From: a virus
Lineage: Duplodnaviria; Caudoviricetes
Virus record (IMG/VR): IMGVR_UViG_3300031555_004297
Length of the DNA: 64,000 nucleotides
Direction: 5' to 3' (one strand)
The translations under genes and the position numbers were made by a program. This document shows, one piece after another, positions 56,761 through 64,000 of the stretch (within the stretch, counting starts at the first letter, position 1; each line of letters begins with the position of its first letter). A model generated the notes under the pieces. It saw only the letters and a program-made list of their open reading frames with translations. It did not search any database and was not told the origin of the DNA.

Positions 56761-58548
56761 TTACTTCATAAGGTTAAAGTCGCTCATGTAACGGCCACCA
56801 ATGGGATCAGTGTTGGGAGCGATATCAGTGAGACCAGTGGGGTTAAGGATCTGGATACGACCCTGAACAGGCTGATACTCAACGAACTGCCAACGCTCGA
56901 ACGCATGGATAGCGGGAAGAGCGGGATTAGCCATGTTACGGATCTCGTTCGATACATACATCTGGTAATCGTAGATTCTATATACGATACGGTCAGTATT
57001 TCTGGGGCAAAGAACGATAATCAGATTGGGATTTCCACGGAGCTTATCAGATGCGATAAACTGGTATACTCTCTTATCGGACGTAACAACAGTCTTAACG
57101 AAATCGAGCTCAACAGGACCGATGTTGGAGGGAGTCTGGTAGGTATACTCAGTAGGAGTAATCTTACGAACCAGATCAGGAGATCCAAAGATAGATACGG
57201 TCATGTTAGGATCGTTAAGAACCTGGAAGAGACCCGTGGTAACGGAATCCAGGTAATCCATGAACGTCTTATGTCTCCACTCAACGTGATCAAGAGCATA
57301 GCTTCCACGAGGAGCGAAGTCGAACGTGGTTGCGAACTTGCAATCATCGGGCATAGTCTTGAAGGAATCATCAAGCTTAGTCTTGATAGAGGTATCCTTG
57401 TACTCGCCGAGAACAGTCTTCATGAGCGAGAGGATCTTGGACAACTGATTTACATTGTAAAGAGCAGAGATGTCCTTAACTTCCTCAGGAGATACAGTGG
57501 TGTTGATGGGGTTAGCGCTGGGGATCTCAACGATATCAGTGCGAACCTTCCAACGAACGCTGCAGGTCTTAACCATAGCGGAAGAAGTATCAATACGAGC
57601 GCTAAGGCGAACGTCGGATACAAGGCCGCTGGTTCCATTAATAGCAAACTTATTGTTCTTCATGTATCCAGTGAGGACATCCTTAAGAACAACAGTCTTA
57701 GTGGGATCTGTTGCATCCTTAGAGTTTACAACAACCTCATCAGCAAGAACACGGTCGATCTCGCCGTAGGAAGGAGTAAACTTGATTCTTACAGGCATCC
57801 AGAAGCTGTACTCGCCATCTGCATCGACAGCAGCACCGGTCTCGGGGTTGATATCACCAGCCTGGAGATATACACCGTTAACCTTAACAGCGGAGATGTA
57901 AGTATCGATCGAGAGGTTATCCTCCTCAGTTGCACCGATAGTTGCAAGAACATCGGTAGCGCCTTCCATCTGAGGAAGAGTCATATCGATAGAAGTAAAG
58001 GGTGCAGTAGAAGCGATTGCATCGTGAATCTTATACTGCTCCTTGAACATATCGATCTCTTCACCAGCGGGAGTAACGAGAATTCTCTTCTCCATAGACA
58101 TGGTGAACTTAGGCTCACGTGCAACGAACTTGGGAATAGCACCCTTGTCGAAGACGTTGTTCATCATGATATTCTTATGAAGCGGGAAGGTCATGCCGAT
58201 TACAGGGTTCATGGAGCCCATGTAAGCGTGCTCGAGCACTGCCTCTTTATCATTCTCGAACTGTGCTACAGCCATGTCCTCAGCGTCCTCGCACAATGCT
58301 GCTGCATGTGCAGGATCAACCTTATCGAACTCGGCCGTATCAAAGGAATTCTCAACATAGAAGTTTTTCAGGGCATTGCAAGCAGAACCGATCTGAAGTG
58401 CCTTGAAGGGCTCAGTATACAGATCTACGCCTTCTGCAAGAATGCTGTTAGCGCATTCCTGGAAGCTCTTAGCAAAAGAGTAGATAGAATCTCTCTCATA
58501 GCCTCTGCCCAGGGTTGCGGTATTTTTGCGATTACCAACAATAGGCAT
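56761..58548 (-). CDS. Major capsid protein (precursor)
   Basis: 595 aa; strongest codon bias in the window; late promoter 58622-58633; head-cluster position near the protease; own terminator. Confidence 0.75.
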   Translation of the reverse strand: MPIVGNRKNTATLGRGYERDSIYSFAKSFQECANSILAEGVDLYTEPFKALQIGSACNALKNFYVENSFDTAEFDKVDPAHAAALCEDAEDMAVAQFENDKEAVLEHAYMGSMNPVIGMTFPLHKNIMMNNVFDKGAIPKFVAREPKFTMSMEKRILVTPAGEEIDMFKEQYKIHDAIASTAPFTSIDMTLPQMEGATDVLATIGATEEDNLSIDTYISAVKVNGVYLQAGDINPETGAAVDADGEYSFWMPVRIKFTPSYGEIDRVLADEVVVNSKDATDPTKTVVLKDVLTGYMKNNKFAINGTSGLVSDVRLSARIDTSSAMVKTCSVRWKVRTDIVEIPSANPINTTVSPEEVKDISALYNVNQLSKILSLMKTVLGEYKDTSIKTKLDDSFKTMPDDCKFATTFDFAPRGSYALDHVEWRHKTFMDYLDSVTTGLFQVLNDPNMTVSIFGSPDLVRKITPTEYTYQTPSNIGPVELDFVKTVVTSDKRVYQFIASDKLRGNPNLIIVLCPRNTDRIVYRIYDYQMYVSNEIRNMANPALPAIHAFERWQFVEYQPVQGRIQILNPTGLTDIAPNTDPIGGRYMSDFNLMK

Positions 58549-58662
58549 ATTAAATGCTCCTTTCTATTAAGCTTAATAAAATTGCGTTATGAAATATGCC
58601 GCGCAATGCGAACAATATTTTTACCATGATGTTATTATTCTTCAAAACCTAAGAAGGTGTAA

Positions 58663-59352
58663 TTATTCACCTTTTTTGTTCATTTCTTCAAGAATATCGT
58701 TAATTCCATTCAAAACTGCAAGAAATTTGTTGTAATTAACAAGGTTCTCTATATATGACTTAGTTTTATATACAGAATTTATATAATCGGTTAGCATATC
58801 TCTGAGATTTGAGAGGGTATTAGATACATATTTAATGATCTCAAAATTTTCCTCTGCTACAGCTACATCGCCAATCCGATCTATAACTGAAGTTGTGGTA
58901 TCAAACATCTCGAGGTATCTATTCTTAAGCTCTTTATGCTTGATATCAAGTTGTTCGGGAGTAAGATTTTCATAAAGATCCTCTTCCTCCTCCTTATGTT
59001 CGTCAACCTCTGAAGGCTGTTGGGGGTCATTTATTGGTGCACCACCAGCACCTTGTGGAGCTCCCCCATCTTCTGGTGGAACTTCCTGTGCTTCTCGATC
59101 GGCATCCATCTGAGTATAATCTACGGGCGGTTCTTCACCACCTTCTCCTTCAGCCGGAGTCTGTTCTTCACCCTGAGCGGGCTGTTCTTCAGTAGCATTG
59201 GTATCATCGACAGGCTGTTCAGCCTGTGTTGCAGATGCTTGATCCTCTGCTGTATAATCAGGAGTCTGTTCTTCTTCCCCAGGTTGGCCGTCGATTTCTG
59301 CTTCTCTAACAGGTTTAACCAAGGGTTTATAATTTGTGAAAAAGAAACCCAT
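58663..59352 (-). CDS. Acidic head-associated/scaffold-like protein
   Basis: E/Q/P-rich disordered N-half and helical C-half; late promoter 59380-59391. Confidence 0.55.
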   Translation of the reverse strand: MGFFFTNYKPLVKPVREAEIDGQPGEEEQTPDYTAEDQASATQAEQPVDDTNATEEQPAQGEEQTPAEGEGGEEPPVDYTQMDADREAQEVPPEDGGAPQGAGGAPINDPQQPSEVDEHKEEEEDLYENLTPEQLDIKHKELKNRYLEMFDTTTSVIDRIGDVAVAEENFEIIKYVSNTLSNLRDMLTDYINSVYKTKSYIENLVNYNKFLAVLNGINDILEEMNKKGE

Positions 59353-59447
59353 ACTCTGCCTCCTTTTTCTATTTTAATTTAATCTAATGTTGAGCAAATA
59401 CAAAAGGAAGGATCACTAGGATCCTTCCTTTAATTTATTATTCAGTT

Positions 59448-61886
59448 TTAATCTTGGTCCTTTGGAGCATCATAGTATTTCTGTCCGAGATCTACTTTCA
59501 TTTTATATTTAATTCTTTGAAGCTGTCTTTCAAGATTTCTCTTTGTCATAAGAAGCTGTTTTAGTGCCTTCATATCATTCTTCTGCTCAGCAATCTGAAT
59601 GTATTTATCGCACATCTTCATTTCAATCTCAATTTCATCGATAACCATCTGACGCTCTTTAGACTTAAACTTAGCAGAAACTCCAAGATAACCAAGAGTT
59701 CCAATTACTGCAATAGCAGGATGGATGAAGAACGAAAGTCCAGCATTAACGATAGCCATTTTAATAACTTTAGAAGCAGACGGGAGAATTCTTCCTTTAA
59801 TAATAGCTTCTCTATTATCATTAGTAAGAGCATCCTCTACACCTTTCTTCATATTATTAACACTAAGGTCAATAGTCTGAGACATTTGTCTATCCTTATC
59901 TTTAAGTCCAGTCATTGCTTTTCTCAATTTCATAGAAGCTAATTTCAATGTATTAGAAATAGAAGCCTCCATAAGAGGAGAAGTTTCATTAGCATTGACT
60001 GTACTAAGGAGTTGAATTCCTTGAATTGCTTCACAAATAGAATCCATTTCCATCTTTCCTTGGAATACTGTCATAGCAGAGCTTTCATCATCAGGTCTAA
60101 TCTGTTCAAGAATATTAAGAGCAGAGTGGATAGAGCTAATTCTTACAGATCTTGCTACAGTGCTCTCAAGAGTAATTTTATTTTTTCTAATATTAGAAAG
60201 CACAGACTCGAGAGATATTTTCATGATATCTTTATGGAAATCCTGAGGATATTTTGCACCAAGATAAGCAAGATCAAGCATTGCATCATTATCCGCGTTC
60301 TCCATAATTGAGAATATCATATCTTCAGTAATAGGATTAGAGTTATAAGCTCTTAATACATCTTCAAGAACAGATCCGATATGGGTGGTTGCTTTGCAGA
60401 TGTCTGCAAATTCATTAAATTCTCCAAAATCAAAATCATCAAGAAGATCATCATCTAATCCATTGGTATCTATGTCACTTGTATCGAGATCATCATCTGA
60501 TCCGATATTGTCATACATCTGATCCTGCTCTTCATCTGTGAGAAGTTCAGAATGGTACATATCTAGTTTAACAAGAGCTTTCTCAAGAGCATCTTTATAC
60601 TTCTCGAGTTTCTCTTTTTCATCCTTATCATTAGTAGAACTAATTTTCTTTTCGGTTGCTTTAATTTCGTGCTCAAAGCATTTAATCATCTTAGCAACTT
60701 CTTTGCGTTCTACATGCAGCGAGATAAATTTATCAGCAATAAATCCAACAGCTGCAACTACAGGTCCAATAAACGGAATAGCTACACTGCCAACAATGAA
60801 GAAGGATCTAAGCCACTTGAGTAGATTAGGTGTCTCCTCAATAATATTTGTCACATTGTTAGAATATAGCTTAGTAATCAACCCTTTAAGCTTGTTCTCG
60901 GGTTTGTCTGTCTTAGCAAGTTCTTCCTCTTTGAACTTGTTGAAAATATCTTCGAACTCTTTACTTTCTTTAACAGGAATGCTAATATTATTATCACCAT
61001 AATGCCTTTGGAGCAACTGATCGATAGGCTCTTCGGTCTGTTCTGGTTCGTCTTCCATGAGAATATCGATGTTGCCCATATCCTCATTTTTATCAAAGAA
61101 TAAAGTAGCCTCGAGAATTTCTTTACATGACTCACGTCCATCCGGCTTGAACAAGAAATAGTCGATAGCAGTTTCAAGAAGTTCAGACTTCTTGTAATCT
61201 ATATTATTGGATTCAAATCCATAAAATGCGGTTTCAATGACAGTATTGAACTTAACGGCCGTAGGCATTTGATAAGTATCAATTCTATTACAAAGTTCAA
61301 CAACGGTATCGCTGACACCGTTAACTCTTGTATTTTCATTGATCAGCACTTCGAGATTGAATCTCTTGGAAACTCTATTATAATTTTCAATAACTCTATC
61401 GCAATTAGCATAAATAATAGCTGCTTCGAGCATCTTAGTATATGCTTCTACCATTGCCTGATCCTTTTCTTGATCTTGAGGAATAGGAGCTTGGGGCTTA
61501 TCGGCTACAGGATGAGGCTGTACCGGAGGAGCAATAATATGCGGTTGCAGCTTATGCTGAGCAACCGTTAATCTCCTTTTAAGCAATGTTTGAGTGTGTT
61601 TTGCATCTCTAACTTTTCCGATGCCTTCATTAGCAATAAATAATCCAACTTTAGAAATTTCAGATACATTGGCTTTTTCAGAAAATGCCTGATACATATC
61701 TAAAATCTGATATAGATTTACCTCATTACAGCTTGTGATCTTAGTTTCAATCATTCTTTTCAGATCAGCAGTTCTCATTGATTTCATTCCCCGCCAATCT
61801 AAATTATGTTGTTCTCTAAATGAGCTGGTTGGCGCAGTAAGATTTTGCATTCTTTTACGAATATCGCTCATTAAAACTTGTCTCAT
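59448..61886 (-). CDS. Probable internal head protein
   Basis: 812 aa; hydrophobic-x-E|S/A sites (VKE|S, LME|AS); late promoter 61911-61922. Confidence 0.55.
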   Translation of the reverse strand: MRQVLMSDIRKRMQNLTAPTSSFREQHNLDWRGMKSMRTADLKRMIETKITSCNEVNLYQILDMYQAFSEKANVSEISKVGLFIANEGIGKVRDAKHTQTLLKRRLTVAQHKLQPHIIAPPVQPHPVADKPQAPIPQDQEKDQAMVEAYTKMLEAAIIYANCDRVIENYNRVSKRFNLEVLINENTRVNGVSDTVVELCNRIDTYQMPTAVKFNTVIETAFYGFESNNIDYKKSELLETAIDYFLFKPDGRESCKEILEATLFFDKNEDMGNIDILMEDEPEQTEEPIDQLLQRHYGDNNISIPVKESKEFEDIFNKFKEEELAKTDKPENKLKGLITKLYSNNVTNIIEETPNLLKWLRSFFIVGSVAIPFIGPVVAAVGFIADKFISLHVERKEVAKMIKCFEHEIKATEKKISSTNDKDEKEKLEKYKDALEKALVKLDMYHSELLTDEEQDQMYDNIGSDDDLDTSDIDTNGLDDDLLDDFDFGEFNEFADICKATTHIGSVLEDVLRAYNSNPITEDMIFSIMENADNDAMLDLAYLGAKYPQDFHKDIMKISLESVLSNIRKNKITLESTVARSVRISSIHSALNILEQIRPDDESSAMTVFQGKMEMDSICEAIQGIQLLSTVNANETSPLMEASISNTLKLASMKLRKAMTGLKDKDRQMSQTIDLSVNNMKKGVEDALTNDNREAIIKGRILPSASKVIKMAIVNAGLSFFIHPAIAVIGTLGYLGVSAKFKSKERQMVIDEIEIEMKMCDKYIQIAEQKNDMKALKQLLMTKRNLERQLQRIKYKMKVDLGQKYYDAPKDQD

Positions 61887-62005
61887 TGATGCCGCCTCCC
61901 TAATTTAATTTAATTATAAGTTAGCGCCTAAGTAGATCAAAATAGATTGAGTTACAAAAAAAATAAAGATGGGCAGGACTTAGGGCCCTGCCCATAATCT
62001 ACCGA

Positions 62006-62656
62006 TTAAATATACCAACCACGAGGAGTATAAGTTACCTCGGGCTCGGGATAGTTTGCCTTATCATCACAAGCGCAGTCGATACAACAGTGCTTTTTAT
62101 CATTAACAGCTGCTTGTCTTTCAAGAGCTCTATCCATAAGATCCTTCATAATATGATATCCTTCGACAAGAGCTCCGGGGTTAGAAATCGGAACAAGAAT
62201 TGCAGAAGGTCTTTCTGCATTTCCAATAATACATGCCTCTGTTACGGGACCGAGATCGTGAGTGCTACTATCTTCACCAATACCACAATATCTCAAACCA
62301 TTATTGAGAGTATTTACGATAAGAGTAGAAGTCTTACCAGCCTCAGTAATCGGAACTGCAGGAATAATTGCCGCAAAACGGCTATCATTATAACCCTTAA
62401 TATGACCATCAAGGGTATTTACCATACCATTATCAGAAAGGATTGCATGAGCCACATCCATTCTTTCCATATAAGGATACAATCTCTCGACTACATCATA
62501 AGGATCGATGGGATTATTAAAGAAATCCATGGGTTCATAAGGTGCTACGACCATCTCGGCTGCACATGCCTCACATTTTTCAAGTTCAGCAGGATCAATT
62601 CGATTAATCGCTTCTGCGGGAACCTGAATTACTTTTGCTTTAAGCTTTCTTTTCAT
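62006..62656 (-). CDS. Hypothetical protein with Cys cluster
   Basis: RBS AAAGGAG; early motif at 62719. Confidence 0.7.
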   Translation of the reverse strand: MKRKLKAKVIQVPAEAINRIDPAELEKCEACAAEMVVAPYEPMDFFNNPIDPYDVVERLYPYMERMDVAHAILSDNGMVNTLDGHIKGYNDSRFAAIIPAVPITEAGKTSTLIVNTLNNGLRYCGIGEDSSTHDLGPVTEACIIGNAERPSAILVPISNPGALVEGYHIMKDLMDRALERQAAVNDKKHCCIDCACDDKANYPEPEVTYTPRGWYI

Positions 62657-62746
62657 AGTTTAATTCTCCTTTAATGAATTAAGTATTTTTAATTGGAAGT
62701 TGACCTTCCATTACTTTTATAATATATACTCAAAAATTAATTATAC

Positions 62747-62867
62747 AAAAGAAAGTCCGAGAATCCTGCTCTGGATTCTCGGAAGAAAGGTGCCCACATG
62801 CTGCTATATGCCAAAACAACACTCGGAGGTAACAACGGAATCTGAATAACACCGTCATTGATATGTT
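62747..62867 (-). ncRNA. Candidate small RNA 4 with anti-SD segments
   Basis: AACA-TATCAA-TG (62867-62856); ACCTCCG and CATGTGGGCACCTTTCT; 11-bp stem 62756-62783 then CTTTCTTTT. Confidence 0.55.
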
Positions 62868-62877
62868 ATATTATGAT

Positions 62878-63180
62878 AAAAATATTCCGGATGGGCGTCA
62901 ACCATCCGGAATACCAGGCCCTGTTAAATAAGGGTCCTTACATACGACACAACGCCTCGGAAAATATTATGCCTTTCTTTAGTGCAACAACTCACTAGAA
63001 AGGCATGTCGGGCCGCCTCTTCTCTTATGATGCCCCATTCACACACCATAAGAGTCCATAATCAAGCTTTAATTAAGTAGCGCTTTGTATATAAAACCCC
63101 AACGAGGTCAGCTTTATATACTATTGATTATTTAAGCACCACCAAAAACAATCAATCATTGCACTACTTATATTTTTGTT
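62878..63180 (-). ncRNA. Candidate ~290-nt multi-hairpin structured RNA
   Basis: AACA-AAAATA-TA (63180-63169); at least five stems; terminator 62883-62913 plus T-tract; no credible ORF. Confidence 0.55.
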
Positions 63181-63261
63181 GACATTGCAGTAACTTATTA
63201 CCTCAATAAATTGAATGCTTGTTTCAACATATCGGTAAATGAAAATAGGAGGTTGCTTATA

Positions 63262-64000
63262 ATGCCTAACAATATTCCTACGATTGGATACGTTATTCTT
63301 GAAAGCGCACCTCTGGAGGCTCCTGAGGTTAGCGTTATTTCTGATACCGGAAATAGAGTAATCGGTGAAGGAGTTATCCAGGAAGCCGAAGAAGAAAATA
63401 GAAATGGTCGTTGCTATCTTCATAACGACCTGCTTAGAGAAATCCAGTGTCCTAGAACAATGGAGCTTCTTACTACTGGAAATATGTTTGCTGAAAATGG
63501 TCACCCGATGGATATGTCGATGGCTAGACAGCAGACTATCGATCCCAATAACAGAGTTGCTAGATTCCTTAAGATTTGGATGGAAGGCAATAAAGTTATG
63601 GCGCAATTTAAAGGGTCTAATGACCCCAAGGGTGAATCTTTCGATCAGGACCTTCGTGAAGGGTTGAAACCTAGCTGGTCGCTTAGAGCTCTTGGATCTC
63701 TCAATAACATTAGGGGTAGAAATGTAGTCGAAAATCTTCGTGTAATCACTTGGGATAGAGTTATTTATCCTTCTCATCCTGGTGCTTATACAACCCGTCT
63801 TGTAACCGAGTCTGCAGCATATGCTAATGAGATTGCTCATATCGAAAGAGTCAATGAAAACGGCTGTCTCATTCCGATTACAAACGATAGCATTCTCTCG
63901 TATCTTAAGACAGAGTCTGCTAATATCAAGAGTCTTCTTTCTCAGATTGATTTTCTTTACGAGTCTGCTACTATCGTAAGAGGAAATCAGGTTCGTCTCG
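63262..64000 (+). CDS. Prohead core protease (T4 gp21-like); runs off the right edge
   Basis: Hand translation: IQEAEEENRNGRCY, AENGHP, PSWSLRALG, TWDRVIYPSHPGAY; RBS AGGAGG; late promoter 63226-63237. Confidence 0.9.
   Translation, partial: MPNNIPTIGYVILESAPLEAPEVSVISDTGNRVIGEGVIQEAEEENRNGRCYLHNDLLREIQCPRTMELLTTGNMFAENGHPMDMSMARQQTIDPNNRVARFLKIWMEGNKVMAQFKGSNDPKGESFDQDLREGLKPSWSLRALGSLNNIRGRNVVENLRVITWDRVIYPSHPGAYTTRLVTESAAYANEIAHIERVNENGCLIPITNDSILSYLKTESANIKSLLSQIDFLYESATIVRGNQVRL

Noticed and set aside
56674-58629. 651-aa plus-strand ORF
   Set aside because: Antisense shadow of the strongly codon-biased capsid gene; no RBS and implausible composition
63121-63840. ORFs 63121-63840 (-) and 63365-63667 (+)
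   Set aside because: Shadows of the prohead protease ORF starting at 63262
1-64000. CRISPR array, tRNA genes, second VR, stop-codon reassignment
   Set aside because: No regularly spaced repeats, cloverleafs or further TR matches seen by eye; genes are full-length in the standard code. A tRNAscan/BLAST pass was not possible.

Overview
This 64 kb window comes from an AT-rich, standard-code jumbo phage, most likely of the PBS1/AR9/phiKZ-like group. The Firmicutes-type GGAGG ribosome-binding sites suggest a Gram-positive host. Recognisable genes: split multisubunit RNA polymerase subunits (a beta subunit running off the left edge; a beta' N-half whose catalytic ADFD|GD motif is split by an HNH-encoding group I intron; a beta' C-half), a probable major capsid protein, a T4 gp21-like prohead protease (runs off the right edge), a GroEL-like chaperonin, ThyX, thymidylate kinase, RNase H, a DHH phosphoesterase fusion, a protein-kinase-like protein and tail-fibre genes. 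A complete diversity-generating retroelement (DGR) occupies 4.7-8.6 kb: target gene with VR 6069-6223, TR 6594-6748 (26 mismatches, all at TR adenines, 20 of them A>G) and an RT gene. It is atypical: no recognisable avd, an RT with a ~150-aa basic C-terminal extension, an RBS-led ORF reading through the TR, and a poly-C leader ORF translationally coupled to the target gene. Two promoter motifs recur: ATATATTAT (early-type) and AAC(A/T)-N6-T(A/G) (AR9 late-type). Mapping the late motif reveals the least expected signal: several ORF-less promoter-to-terminator units (3.5 kb, 3.65 kb, 55.3 kb, 62.8 kb) whose RNAs carry reverse complements of SD+start-codon regions, i.e. candidate phage antisense sRNAs against translation-initiation regions. 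Two larger structured ncRNA candidates lie at 9.2-9.7 kb and 62.9-63.2 kb. All calls come from motif recognition by eye; no database searches were run.
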